Counted from the stretch's first letter, positions 1 through 23,491 are shown. The stretch: 64,000 nt of DNA from the human T2T-CHM13v2.0 reference genome, Homo sapiens (GCF_009914755.1 NC_060941.1); one strand, 5' to 3'. Notes: a model not told the origin generated them from the letters alone. Translations and numbers: made by a program.

Positions 1-205
<205 letters not shown>

Positions 206-683
206 TTAGGTGTTTTCATTTGCTTTTGGTCACAGTCTTTATGTGTCACTGAGTGTGTGGATGTGGGGGTTCTTCTACCCAGAGGAAAGTGATTTGATCA
301 CCTGGAACCAGGTGCTCTGAGAACTGGGGCAGCTTCCCTGACTTGCAGGAGAGGGTGCAGAGACTTCTTCGCTGGCATGTAGCTGCAGCCTAGAAAACCG
401 CTTGGTGGTCCTCGTTCATGAACCTGCCGTTGGGGGTGCTTCATGCTTTATCTTGGTCTCTACCTTGATTAATCTCACCTCCGTTTCTCCGCTCCACTGG
501 ACCATTCTCTAGAACCCCTCTAGAACCACTGGACCATTCTCTTCTGTCAGAGTCCAGTGCTTCCAGTCTTTCCTGTGGGCTCTTATCTTCTGGTGCAAAG
601 TTCTTTCTCACCTTCCACAGTCAAAATCACCATACTTACCTAGGCCATACTTACTAGGCTGGAGAGGCAGGTACATCAATCTT

Positions 684-976
684 TCTTGTTTATTTGTTTG
701 TTTGTTTGAGATGGGGTCTTGCTCTGTCACCCAGGCTGGAGTGCAGTGGCACGATCTCCTCCGCCTCCCGGGTTCAAGTGGTTCTCCTGCCTCAGCCTCC
801 TCAGTAGCTGGGATAACAGTTGCATGCAACCATGCCTGGCTAATTTTTGTATTTTTAATAGAGACGGGGTTTTGCCATGTTGGCCGAACTGCTCTCGAAC
901 TCCTGACCTCAGGCAATCCTCCCGCCTCGGCCTCCCAAAATGCTGGGATTATAGGCATGAGCCAGCATGCTCAGCC
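684..976 (-). mobile_element. Alu (AluS-like)
   Basis: Full dimer; TSD AGGTACATCAATCTT / AGGTACATTGATCTT. Confidence 0.9.
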
Positions 977-1774
977 AGGTACATTGATCTTCTAAGTATT
1001 TATTGTTCTGCTCCTTATTCAGTGCTAACATTTTTATTTTCTTATTCTTCTTCCCTGTCACTTGAAGATCGTCACCCAAGCAATAAATCCATTTGGTTGT
1101 ACTTATTTAATTTTCTCTGACTTTCTAAGGAGTGACACAGCAAAGTGCCTTATCTTGCATTTCTTTCCTTTTCCGTGTTCTAGTTGGAAAGGCTCAGAGT
1201 TTGGGAGAAGTTAAACGTGACTCAGAGAATTGCTTTTGATGGTGGTGCCGATACACACATCTTTTGAAGCTTAGATTGGGTATTGTCAATTTAATTTGGA
1301 GTCTATCAGCCTGTAGTGTTCTAATCACCTATTTTGAAGCCTTGCTGACGACCCGAGACTCCTTGTTAAACTGCCACTGGAATAAGCATAACACTTTTCA
1401 TTAAAGGAAAAAGAAAAAGTTACTTAAAGTAATAGGCACACCCTTTTATTTTCTTGACAGATAGCAAAGAAAAAAATCTTCTGTCTTTACCTTGACAAGA
1501 CATGCACCATTGCTGGGAGGTTTTGCTTGTATGAGAACTTCAACGTTAGAATCTAGACATCTCGGAGAATTGAAAGTCAACAAGTTTCTCTGTTTTGGGG
1601 TGGAGAAAAAGGACAAAAAGTTGTCATATACAGCTAGCTGTCCAAACAGTCAAATACGAAAGCTAATTTATCTTTTAAAAGGTTAATTCTTTGATGCCTC
1701 TATCACAGTTAGTGTTAAAATGAAAGCATTGGAAACAAACTCTTTTTCTGTTAGCTCAGATTTTAAAAAAATTC

Positions 1775-1894
1775 TTTTTGCAGAGATGGGGGTCTCACTA
1801 TGTTGCTCAGGCTGGTCTTGAACTCTTGGCCTCAAGCGATCCTTCTGCCTTGGCCTCCCAAAATGTTGGAATTACAGGGGTGAGCCACTGAGCC
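1775..1894 (-). mobile_element. FLAM / Alu left monomer
   Basis: Monomer with AluJ/FLAM-type sequence; AGATTTT on both flanks. Confidence 0.8.
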
Positions 1895-2297
1895 AGATTT
1901 TGAATATTTTAATTACTTAACTGCTTGTCTGTCTGGCAATGAGATAAGCGCAGTAGCCAGTGATTACCAACAGTTAAACAGAAGAACAAGTCACATAAAC
2001 AACACTTATACTTCCTGTAAACCCAATTAAAACCACATTTCAGGTTTGCTCTTATGATTTAGAAGTAAATTTAGAATCAGTTTCATGAATCTTGCAGTAT
2101 TTTTCAAATTAATGTCTTTAGGCATTTGGACAATGGGCTGTGTGAATGCAAACTGCGTTTTCTTCAATTGCTATCAATTAGAGACAGTTAAGAACTCAAC
2201 TGATGAAGAAATAGCCACCTGAAAGTGAGCCCACAGGCAAGTCACAGGCCCCTCTTCCTCCTGAAGGTGCACGGGAGACTTCGTTAAAAAAAAAAAA

Positions 2298-4930
<2,633 letters not shown>

Positions 4931-5458
4931 TCCATTATAGAACATGTTGTGTTGTGCTGTTATATATATAAAGCTTCTGCTCACCTGTGAGCTACTCTGT
5001 CTAGCTGATTGATCCAGTATTGTGTCCGGGGGCAGGGTACATGGAAAATGCTTAGGGTTTGTTGAGTGAATGAGCAAACTGATACTTTGTAGGAGTGGCC
5101 AATTTTCAAATATTTTAGGTAACAGAAAACAGTGGTGAATCAACTCAAAAGATGAGGTACCAGTCAAATCTCTTCCCTTTTGTCAGTTTCTAAGTAGTAT
5201 TAAACTTGAGTGAACTAAGTTTTACTTTTTTTTCCTTTGCTTTGCTTACCCCTTGGTGAGAGGTAATGGAGAAAATATAGACAGAGCAGGAGGAGGAAAG
5301 AAACTCAATCTCGAAATGACTAAGAGCTTGTGGAGCAGCTTGGGAGAGAACCAGCTGGGTTATTGGCTACTCTGTAGTTCCAGGTGTGGGGAATTATTCT
5401 CATCAATACCGTGACCGCCTGCCACTCCCCTCTGCCCTCTTTCTTTGTGTTAATTAGA

Positions 5459-6495
<1,037 letters not shown>

Positions 6496-6703
6496 ATTGG
6501 AGTATGAACTTGAATTATTGCCGTTTACTTTAGAAACGATGATTGCTTTTTTCCTAATTGCAAAGCACCATATGTTCACTGCAGAAAACTTGGAAAACAC
6601 AAAAAAGCACAATAAAACAAAAGCCATTCAGAATCTCCACCATCCAGAGACGTTTCATGAGTAGTATGTTGCCCCATAGCCTTCCAGACAATTGTGTACA
6701 TAA

Positions 6704-7047
<344 letters not shown>

Positions 7048-7343
7048 TAAAACCCAAGCCCATACTATGCATACTGCTTTGTATCTTTTTCACCTATTAA
7101 TATGCAATGCTTGTCATTAATATTCTTCTATAACCTGAATTTTAATGGCCACATACTATTCTGTTATACTGTGTTAAAATTTACTAAAGCAATTTCCAAC
7201 AACATTAATGCTGTTTTGAATTTTTCACCATTAGACTGAACTCAGCAATAACCTGGTACATACATGCTTATACACATCTCTTGATTCATTCCTTGGGATA
7301 AATTACAAAATTTAATCACTGGGTGACAGGGTATCTACATTTT

Positions 7344-7713
<370 letters not shown>

Positions 7714-7969
7714 TAGTTAGTCATTCCCAGATGATGTATGGAGCACTGTTGTTTCAATGCCCCTCTTATATTTTTACTTGGTTACTGGGTTTGTGAACTT
7801 AAAAAATTAAAACATTCTTATTTTAAAAACAATTCAAATATATAAAACATGTACAGATAATAATGAAACGTACACTTATGTACCCAGCAGAAAGATTAAA
7901 TCGGTGTTAACATTTTGCTGTATTTGCATTTGTTACTTTTAAAAAACACATTCCAGATTCAAAAACAAG

Positions 7970-8060
7970 TCTATTATTATCATCCCATTTTACAAGTGAG
8001 GAAACTGGCTCAAAAACTTTAAGTAACTTGTCTAATTCTTAAGAACCAGTAAGTGGGCTG
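7970..8060 (-). mobile_element. MIR fragment
   Basis: ATTATTATCATCCCATTTTACAAGTGAGGAAACT core. Confidence 0.7.
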
Positions 8061-8934
8061 TAAAGAACCAGTTGATCCTAATGATGCTTTTACCTTAGGC
8101 TTTTACTGATATTAATATAGCCCTTCCAGTCTTCTTCCCCTTTTTGGTCAGTTTCTGTCTGGTACATGTTTTCTAATGTCTCTACTTTTAAGTTTTGTAT
8201 GTTGTTGTATTTTAGATGGGCCTCTTGTAAATAGCTTATAGCTAAATTAAGAAAAAAATCTCGAGTCTGGGTTTTTAAACCAGCTATTAATAACCTGTTT
8301 TTTAACCAGCTATTTCAGTCTGTTTGCATTTATAGCAATTGTTGATGTTTTTTGAATTATTTGTCTTATTTCATGCTTTCTATTTCCCATACTTTTTCTG
8401 TTTTTTCTCCATTTCCTGTCTCCTACTGAATTGAGTTTTACCAGGTTTTCTCTTTTTCTCTCTACTAGCTTTGTTATCCTAAAAATATTCAATGTGTATA
8501 CTTAAATAGCAGTCAGAAATTACCCTATCACCTCCCCCACCCAGTTTTTTTCTTATTTAGTGTTTTAATTTCTCCTTTTTTGGTATTTTATTGTATTTTG
8601 TATTTTATTCACTGTTATTTTTGTTGTTTTGTGCAGCCCAAACTGTATATATTTTTATTTACTAGGGTCTTTACTCGTCTTTCTAAGTACTCTTCTATGT
8701 ACACATTTTATTTTCTGAAAATATATACTTTAGTGCATTTTAGTAAGAGCCTGTGAATGTACTTAGTTCTTGTTTAAAAACAGCTTCTTTGTCCTCATCT
8801 TTCAATGACTCTCTTTTAGCTTAGTATAGAATCTCCCCTCAACCCTCTGAAGATAGTATTTCTTTGTCTTCTCAACTTTTCTTTTCCTCATTTGTTTTCT
8901 CAACTTCTCAACCCTCTTTTTTCTTATTTATTTG

Positions 8935-9201
8935 GAAATGGGGTCTCACTATGTTGGCCAGGCTGGAGTGCAGTGGCCACTACTGATCAGCACAGGAGTT
9001 TTGACTTGGGCTATCACTTCACCCCTCCTTAGGCAGCCTGGTGGTCCCCTGATCCTGGGAGATCACCATATTGATGCCAAACCTAGTGTGGATACCTGTT
9101 TGGAATAGTGCACTACAGCCCAGACCTCCTGAGCTGAAACGATCCTCCCTCCTCAGCCTCTGAAGTTGCTGGGACTATAGTCTCGTGCCGCCAAACCCTG
9201 C
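8935..9201 (-). pseudogene. 7SL (SRP) RNA pseudogene, RN7SL family
   Basis: Reverse complement matches 7SL including S-domain sequence absent from Alu (GGCATCAATATGGTGA, GGGGACCACCAGG, CCTAAGGAGGGGTGAA, GTCAAAACTCC, GTGCTGATCAGTAGTGG); two internal deletions. Confidence 0.9.
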
Positions 9202-9255
9202 TCAGCTCTCATTTGTTACTGAGAAGTCTTCTGTCTGATTGCTCTTCCTTTGTAG

Positions 9256-9596
<341 letters not shown>

Positions 9597-9779
9597 TATC
9601 TGGCTGTTCTTTAGGCTTCCTCTTTGTCTTTGAAATTCTGGAGCCTCAGTCCTGTGTGCATGGATTCATTTTTATTTATTCTGCTTAGAACTTGGTATTC
9701 TTTACACGGAGAATTCATGACTTTTACAATTCTGGTAAGTCCTTAACTATTATCTTTTAAAATGTTGCTTCTCCTTCAC

Positions 9780-10187
9780 TGGGGCAGCCATAAAATCATG
9801 CTGCTCGGTTGTCTTGCTGGAGGAAGCATAGTTGACTGAGCCCCAGAGGCCATGTCTCAGATTCACTCACGCTTCTCCTGGGCTGCTCCCAGCTGATGGC
9901 AGAATATGACAGGGGTACCAGTGCTGGCCCACTGCTGCAGGAGGTAGGATCCTTTCATGGATGACATTGGCTCCTGGACTCCCCATCAGTGTGACCAAAC
10001 TTTCTTACATCTGCGTCTCACTCTGAGTCTCTTCCTACCCAGTACTCCTTTCTTCTCTCTCCATCATACCTACACCATGGTCTGAAGGCTCTCCCTGCCT
10101 CCTCCTGCTTCCTCCTCTTTTTCCTTCACAGGTGTTTTTCCCAACATCTCGTCTCAGCATCTGCTTCTTGGAGGACCCAAACTAACA
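9780..10187 (+). mobile_element. LTR16-family (ERVL) solo LTR
   Basis: Typical 3' end CAGCATCTGCTTCTTGGAGGACCCAAACTAACA and internal TGGTCTGAAGGCTCTCCCTGCC. Confidence 0.7.
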
Positions 10188-10941
10188 CCGTATCTCTGTT
10201 TTCATCATCTGAATCTTGTATTAGATGCATATGGACCTTCTCATTGTGCTCTCTATGCCCTTAGTTATTCTTTTATGCCTCATTGACCTCTCTAATGCTC
10301 TTTGGGTAATTTCCTCAGATCTGTCTTCCATTTTACTGAATTCTCTCTTCATTTCTGTCTAATCTACTATTTAATCTATCTATTGCATTTTAAAATTATA
10401 ATATTTATTTCTAAAAGTACCATTTGGCTTGTTTTCACATCTGACTCTTACTTTTTTCCCAGTATATTCTTCTCAGGGTTTTAGTTTCTCATTTTTTGTC
10501 TTTAACAGTCTAAAGCACACTTACATTGTACTCCCTCTTTCAAATTGTAGTTTTATCATTCCAAGTTCCCTGGAGCTCTAATAATCTTGTTTGTTGTATT
10601 TGCTGTTTTCTGCTTATGGTGTATTCTAATTTTTAATTTTCCTCTAAACTAACCTTTAGTGGGGGTTATTTTTTTTCCGTGGGAATCTTACATGGTCTGA
10701 TAGTGAGGCTCCTTCAGAACAATTAGCATTGCTCAGAACAATTTGCATTGCTTCTTCTAGAGATCTCAGGAGTGTCACTGCCTTGGGGCCAATATTTCTG
10801 TTAATTTCTTAGTTTAGAACGGCCTGGATCACCCCGCTTAAGGCTCAGGTTTGGGATATCCATTTTTCAGGGGAGAGGTTTTTTTCACTTAGAACCCAAG
10901 AACACAAAATTGTTCTCCTAGACCCCTGTACCAGGGGATGA

Positions 10942-11340
<399 letters not shown>

Positions 11341-12259
11341 TAGTTCCAACTCTCTGCTTCATGGTGACTCATGGTTTCACCTCCTTTGTCCACTTGGGTT
11401 TTAAATTGTAAGTCTGGAAGTTACTAGAACAATCCCAGAATTAGCTCACACACTTTCACTCTGTTTTTCCCTTTCTTCCTGGGGTTATATTTTACCCAGC
11501 ATTCCTAGGTGTTTGTGGTGGGAGATTCCGCCCCTACGTTATCTTAATTTGTTGCCATATTTCTGAACCAGGAATCCCATTTACCACATTGAGTTCTGGA
11601 CATCAAGGTTCTCCGGGCATCACTTTCTATGCTGTGTCATCAGTGAAGCCCATAAACTTACCCGTTATCAGAAAAGCGAAGATTTCGAGATCTTGTTGAG
11701 ACGGTAGGTATATAGTATGTCCTGAGGGGTTTAGAAAAAATAGCTACCTTTATTTCCAACCCATGGTAACTTCATTGGTAAATCCAGACAGACCTGTAAG
11801 ATTTTTACAAATGGAACCAGCAGCTTAGAAAACAAAAAATAATAATTACTTTATCATCACAAGTATTCCTTTTACTGCCTCAGCCCAGTAACAGAGCTCT
11901 TCTATCTCTCTCGTTTCTTTCTCCCAGCTTTCCCACCATCCTTCTCAATTTGTCCTTTGTCAACAGGGCAGAAAAGGGGTTGAAGTGATGTATGGGTGTA
12001 ATCCACTGTGCACTGCTGAAAAGATAAACTTAAATGAAGTGATTTATAACCTGTGGCAGGTATTCTGCACCCAGAATTGTTTGTCAAAGTGAGTGCTCAT
12101 TGATTTTCCATGCCTTCCGTGTCAGCCCCTGGATTGCCATTGTTCCTTAGAGGTGGCTAAGCAGTTTAAGGCATCAGGGTGTTCTCCCAGCGCGGGCACG
12201 CACTCCGCTGCAGGGTTTAGCCTTCAACTGTGTTCCAGGGCTCGGAACTCCCTAGTTGA

Positions 12260-12953
<694 letters not shown>

Positions 12954-13555
12954 AGTGTGACCAAAACTTTCTTACAGCTGTGTTGCACTCTGAGTCTCTT
13001 CCTACCCGGTACTCCTTTCTTTTCTCTCCATCATACCTAGGCCATGGTCTGAAGGTTCTCCCTGCCTCCTCCTGCTTCTTCTCTGCTACCATCCACACTC
13101 ACTGTGTCCATGAAAAGACCAGATTCCACTGGTACTTCAGATTTCTCAAATGAGAAGTAAAACATATTCTATAAGTTTTGAAAATGCTTCTATAAAATGC
13201 TTCTGGAATCTTCCTACTGGAAGTCAAATAGATAATAGGTCCCCATAGAATAGCACGGGACAATAGTACAGCTTCGGGGGCGGTGCCCAGGGAAATCTGG
13301 GCTGAGTTAGATGAAGGATACTAAGCATCCTATGGGAACTCATGCAGCAGGGAGTCTCCTTCGCTTAAGGGGACCACATACATATCACACAGGATGTGTC
13401 TTTCTTGTTTTTCTCCAAACCCATCCCGTTGTGTTGGAGGGTGATGAAGTTTTTCCAGCAACCACAGTGCAGTCTGGTGAATCAGAATCAGTGTCATTGA
13501 GCCTCAGCAACACCCAGATATCCAAGAGATTGTCTTAAAGAATCTTAGAACTGTA

Positions 13556-13747
13556 GGCTGGGTGTGGTGGCTCACACCTGTAATTCCAAAACTTTGGGAG
13601 GCCAAGAGGATCGCTTGAGAGCAGGAGTTCAAGAGGATGGCTTGAGGGCAGAAGTCTGAGGCTGCAGTGAGCTGTGACTGCACCATTGCACTCCAGCCTG
13701 GGTGACTGAGGGAGACCCTGTCTCTAAACAAAAACAAAAACAAAAAA
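13556..13747 (+). mobile_element. AluJ with internal deletion
   Basis: Left arm joined to distal right arm at GAGTTCAAGAGGATGGCTTGAG. Confidence 0.8.
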
Positions 13748-14040
13748 CTTAGATTTTTGGACCTTAGATCATTTAATCTAGAGTTCTAACTCGATAGGCA
13801 AGGAATCTGAAGCCTGGACTATTTGATGACTTGCTCAGGGTCACAGAACTATGGAGCTCCACAGCCAGCATTACGACCTGGGTTTCTGGACTTCCTGCTC
13901 ATCCCTGTTTCTGGAAGGGCTTCTGCTCCAGGTCTCTCTGGGTAATGTCCCATTTGCTTTCACAACATGCCTCTTGAATCTAAAGAAAGCAGTGCTGTTG
14001 GTGGTTGTCTTAGTTGCAGTTTATTTGCTTGGTCCTTTGA

Positions 14041-14442
<402 letters not shown>

Positions 14443-14572
14443 GCACTTTTTCTTTTTTCTGTTGTGTGCCTAAGACATGGTTATCTAGACAAAAATACCA
14501 CTTAGTAGGCACTTTACCAATACATATCATGCTAGAAAACAGATTGCTTTCATGCAAATGAGGTGGAGCTAG

Positions 14573-14909
<337 letters not shown>

Positions 14910-15522
14910 AACAATTGGAAATTTTTTAAAAACAAAGACTATTTAGCTTGAGCTCAACTAAAGACTTTGGTTTGCATATTATAGACAAATACATAAATTG
15001 TGTTTATATAGACTGTGTACATATATAATTATATACTGATGAGATATAGCATTTGTATTTTTCAAACCACAAACATCCTGTAGTAATTCAGACTTATACT
15101 TCTGCATAGCAAGTAACAATTTATAATAGCTAAACAGGAATGAATATGGATGGTGTTTCTTTGTGCCTCTGATTGGTGGGTAGGGGGGATTGAAAGCTTG
15201 ATTTTGATCAGTTTTTTTTTAAACTTATGTGCATTATTGATTAATCACTTAATTGAATTGGTGGGATATATTTTCATACATGCAGTTGTGGCAATATTGA
15301 TTGAGCTTTCTCTGAGCCCAAACTACCAATTCTTACAAGTGAAACAGGATGTCATCTCCGTGTTGTAATCATTTTATACTTCACATAGTACATTGGAAGT
15401 CTGAGGTAGCAAATTCGGCTTCCGGAAGTCCTTGACTTGGGGTCAAAGAGCATCGCTGATATCAGGAGAAGCTGCCTGAATGTGAATTCGGTAGTAAAAA
15501 TGGAAAGATATTTTATGTGTTT

Positions 15523-16133
<611 letters not shown>

Positions 16134-16554
16134 CTAAGTAGAGAAATAAGTATAGACTGCCTTATGTTCATTTGCTTCCCAGTGTTCCTTGGTGGCTGGA
16201 TTATTCATCTAAGTGAGATGTAAGATCTTTTGAGCATCTAACATAATAGTTATTCATAAAGACATTTAGGCTGATGGCTTTCTCAGAACGTCCTGCTGTT
16301 CATGATGGACTTCATCTATATTTCAATGAATTTCTAAATGGAGGAAACAGAACATTTTTCCTTTGATTAATTCATTGGTTTTCAGTCCTCAAGGACCCAT
16401 AGGCTGGCGAACTCTAAGAGGAAGTCACAAAAGGAAGAATGGTAAATTGGAATTGGAACTGTGGAACTCACCCCGTAAAAATCTTTCAACACTGTCCTGA
16501 GTTCAACATCTGAAATACAGTGGACCAGGAGAAGATTGATGGAAGCTAATTTAA

Positions 16555-16943
<389 letters not shown>

Positions 16944-17895
16944 ACAACTCTCACTTTTAATTGACTGTGCCCCAGAATCAAGCACTTTGGCTAGCAAATG
17001 ATGGCTAGTTAGATCACAGAGGTGTGTGTTGCATTCTGTGTCTGTTCACTGTGAAATCGGGATTTTAAGAGTGTATGTTGTTGAACATACACCTGTCTTT
17101 GAGTGATCGGTCCCCAGAGGCCACCTCTAAGGTGAAGATTTGGGGAGGTAATTGTGGGAAGCCCCAGGAGGAGCAGAGGAAAATGAGAAAGGGGACGAAG
17201 GGAATGTAATAGAATGTGTGTTGGGAGAGGGTTTCCTTATGAGCCAGTGCAGAGGAAAGTCTTGAAATGCACTAAGGAAATACAGTCTGTGCCGTGATGG
17301 TAGCACCGATGTGGAATCCCATAAGCAGCTGCTTGAAAAAGACTTGGTGGCAGACATAACTCTTTTTGCCTTTTAAGTGCTCCGGGAGATTTCACATGCC
17401 AATGTTGAATTGTCCCCAACTTGGGTTCAGGGTGCCCAGGAACTAGCAAAATCAGCTTTTTTGTGGTAGGATCTTCATAGGATCCAGGAGCTGTCACCCA
17501 CGAATGACAGAGCCCCTGCACTGGATAGCCTTTCTCCAATCTGTATAAGGTGGAATAGGGAAATGAGGCTCCTCTCTGATGTTCGGGGCTTTAGCTGGGC
17601 TGGGTTCTGAGTCCTCTGTGCCTAGTTCCCCTTGGGAAGCACTGGAGACCTTGAACTGGAAATTCTCTTCCTGGGATCAACCAAATACTCCCAAAACTTC
17701 GTGGAAGCTTAGCTCCTTGTGCCTTTTGTCAGGTTTCCCTAGAAGTCAAGGGATTCTCATGGAGATGATGTATGGGATGGGGGCTAGAGGGCTGGGAGGA
17801 TGGTAGGGCGGGGGTAAATCTAAACTTCAGGTGTCTTGGGAGTCCATGACTTGCATCACAGAGCTGGTTTCCCCCCCGTCAGGCAAGGTCGGCCT

Positions 17896-18231
17896 TTATT
17901 TATTTATTTATTTATTTATTTTAGAGACAGAGTCTCCCTCTGTCACCCAGGCTAGAGTGCAGTGGTGCCATCATAGTTCACTGCAGCCTTGAACTTCTGG
18001 GCTCCAGCGATCCCCCTACCTTAGCCTCCTGAGTAGCTGGGACTACAGGCACACGCCCAAATGCATAACTAATTTTTAAAGTTTCTGTAGAGATGGTGGG
18101 GTGGGGGGGTGGGGGGGGGCGCGTCTCACGATGTTGTCCAGTCTGGTCTCAAACTCCTGGCCTCAATTGATCCTACTGTCTTGACCTCCCAAAGCACTGG
18201 AATTTACAGGTGTGAGCCACTGGGCTGGCCA
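17896..18231 (-). mobile_element. AluJ with expanded internal G-run
   Basis: AluJ dimer; G-rich expansion at 18093-18119. Confidence 0.85.
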
Positions 18232-18959
18232 AAGTCAGCCTTTTGTACCCCTCTCAATGTCAGCCATTGATTGGTTGTGGGCCTCCCACAGGTGGAGAGG
18301 TTCCCATTTGTTCAAACGCAATTTACAAACAAGGGGGCAGATGGGACCCATTAGTAGCTGAAACTCACAGCAACCAGTGCCTAGTAAAGGATTCATGCAG
18401 GGCCCTCCCACACGACCCAAAACAGCAAAGAGAAAGGGCCAGGTGTTGGCCTTTTTCTAACTCATCCCTTTTAACACAGTAAGTTCAGCAGTCCTCTAAG
18501 AGTCCCACTTCAAAGTACCCCTCTTGCCTTCCGAATTCAGTGTTGTTAGCCCTTTTGCTTGAAAAACCCCCACTCTTGGACACAGAGGAAATAGGAGTCA
18601 GATGTCTGCACCTTCTGCACCTGTGGTTTGAACAGGACCCTCTGGGAGTCGCAGGAGGAGTGCTTGGCCCTGGTGCTTGGCAGGAGGTTGGGCTGGGAGA
18701 TGATGATTGCCTTGATCCTCTCTTTCAACTACTTCATTCCAACTGTTGGAATACCTCAGTAGTGAGTATTAATTTTCTTCCCCCCCAAATCCAGCAAGCA
18801 ATCTAGCTCCTTAAGAGAAGACTATGTTCCTGCTATTAACAGGGCTTTGACTGTTTTTGCAAAATAATAACTGGGCATTCTTGTGTTAAGGACCATTTGT
18901 TTCCTTCACCTGCTTTTCTTCCCAATTTAGCTGAAAAGGGACCTGAGCCAGTTAGGAGA

Positions 18960-19275
<316 letters not shown>

Positions 19276-20206
19276 TGAACTAAAATATCTTTTCAGATAC
19301 AAGGTTCAGGGAGGGTGGTGTGGACCAGTGAGAGAAGTTTCATTTGCACCTTTTTCATTTTTATTCTGATCCAGAGTGACTGGAGTATTAATGGATGTTG
19401 TCATAGGCTTTTGAAGTGGCCTTGCTTGGTGATTGAGTGGCTCTCGCAAAATTCTGAATTTTGGAACCAGGTATTGCTTTCTAGCTATACTAACATGTCC
19501 CTTTAGGAGTCTAATGAGATCTGCTTTGCCTCTGCCCCAAACAGATTTGCTTTACAAGTTACTGTCACTCAGGGCAAGCTCCAAGCTCTGTATCTAAAAA
19601 GCAAAGCCACCTGCCAGCCACAACCAGGTGCATGTTGCCTTTGGGCCTTGTGTCAAAATATCTTCATCATCTAAGAATAAAACCCCCAAAGAGGTCAGCC
19701 TGATCTTGTAGAAAGCCGTCCCTGGGAAAATGATTAAATGTCAGTAAACAAGAGCATTTCAGAAACTGACATGGTCCCTAATGTTTGTGTTTAGAGACTC
19801 CTAATGTGTCAGAATTGAGTTGGAGACTTACGATGTAATTGCATGTCTTGTATTTCATGCCAGCCTCTCGGCTTGGTGCTGGGGCAGAGTGGGAAGCAGA
19901 CCACAGAGCAGAGAGGGCCTCTGCCCTTTTATTGTCCTGTGAGAGAGATGGATATTCACAAATAATCCTGTCCCTAATTAATTGCAGCTGAGATAACCAT
20001 TATAAAAGAAACTAGAGAGTGTGACAAGGGGTGACTATCTCTTGGTCTTGGTTGTCAGGCAATGCTATGGAAGGGTTATTTAGAGTCGTAGAAGTGTCTA
20101 GTACAACCACCAGCTGATGAAGATAGTACAGGAGGAAGCAGGCATGTTTGAGACATGGTGAGTTTCAGGCTCAATTAAGGAGCTGGAGATAGCTACCAGC
20201 TGTTAG

Positions 20207-20936
<730 letters not shown>

Positions 20937-21269
20937 GGTGACTTTCTTGAGAGAGTATGGAGAGGGATCTGGGAGAATGTCTGGATGAAACCTTCTTTAA
21001 GGGCCTGTCACCTACATGCAATAAAGACCATACTAATTGTAATAAGACCATTGTTTACTTTTTGTTCCCCAACTGGTGCAATTTTCCCAGTCCCTGTAGT
21101 AGCCCCAGGATGGCTCAGAAACTGTCTGGGTTCCTGCTGTAGACACTGTGAGAACTTCCTTTCCAAGTGTAGCCAAGCACCCGCCCCACTGCTGCAGCCT
21201 GTGCCATCCTCCCCCTTCTCTGCACACATTGCATATCCCTGTGGTCTCCGTTTTGAGCTCAGAGTGTGG

Positions 21270-21400
21270 GCCTCCAACCCTCAGCACCGTATCACTCCGT
21301 AGCTTATTAGAAATGCAGAATCTGCAGCCCCCGCCCAGCTTGCTGAATCAGCCTCTGTGTTTTAACAAGATCCCCGGGATCTGTCTGCCTGTTGACAAGG
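21270..21400. mobile_element. MER5A fragment
   Basis: TTAGAAATGCAGAATCT...TGAATCAG...TTTTAACAAGATCCCC. Confidence 0.7.
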
Positions 21401-21757
21401 GAGAAGCCTGGTCTCGGTTACCTCCTCCTCAGCGTCCTGAGCCTGGCTGGATCGCCAGCACACTCAGACCAGCGGCCCCAGGCTCTTGTGACAGCAGCCG
21501 TCAGACCCGTGGGAGTTCAGGTGCGGGTCATCAGGGCCCTGCTGGCTACTCCACCTCTCTGGGTCCCTCAGCTCAGAGATTCCACTTGAGTGTAGAGAGA
21601 ATTGTTCCCCTCTGCTCTGGTGCCCTCTTTGCACTAATGTTTAGGGACCTAGAAAGGGCATCAGGAAATAAGACAGAACAAAAGCCACCAAGAGGAAGAA
21701 GGAAATTCAAGTGCCATAGCTATAGAGAGGCTCAGGAGGATAAAAACAAAGCAATAG

Positions 21758-23360
<1,603 letters not shown>

Positions 23361-23394
23361 CATTTGAGAGATTTTTTTCCTTTTAAACTTTTTA

Positions 23395-23491
23395 TTTTAT
23401 TAGGTTGGTGCAAAAGAAACTGTGGTTTTTGCCATTACTTTCAATGGCAAAAACCACAATTACTTTTGCACCAACCTAAATCTTCCCTCTC
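23395..23491 (-). ncRNA. MIR548D2: microRNA precursor hsa-mir-548d-2
   Basis: Reverse complement reads GAGAGGGAAGATTTAGGTTGGTGC-AAAAGTAATTGTGGTTTTTGCC-ATTGAAAGTAATGG-CAAAAACCACAGTTTCTTTTGC-ACCAACCTAATAAAA. It contains miR-548d-5p and miR-548d-3p exactly as recalled, and the 5' flank recalled for the -2 locus. Confidence 0.9.
23395..23491 (+). ncRNA. MIR548AA2: microRNA precursor hsa-mir-548aa-2 (antisense to mir-548d-2)
   Basis: The + strand 3' arm contains AAAAACCACAATTACTTTTGCACCA, recalled as mature miR-548aa; it is the same palindromic hairpin. Confidence 0.8.
23400..23479. mobile_element. MADE1 MITE (Hsmar1/mariner derivative)
   Basis: 80-bp near-palindrome TTAGGTTGGTGCAAAAG...CTTTTGCACCAACCTAA. 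Left TA at 23398-23399; right TA missing. Confidence 0.95.

Noticed and set aside
17110-17340. Possible LTR33/LTR16-like remnant
   Set aside because: Too diverged to assign without a repeat search.
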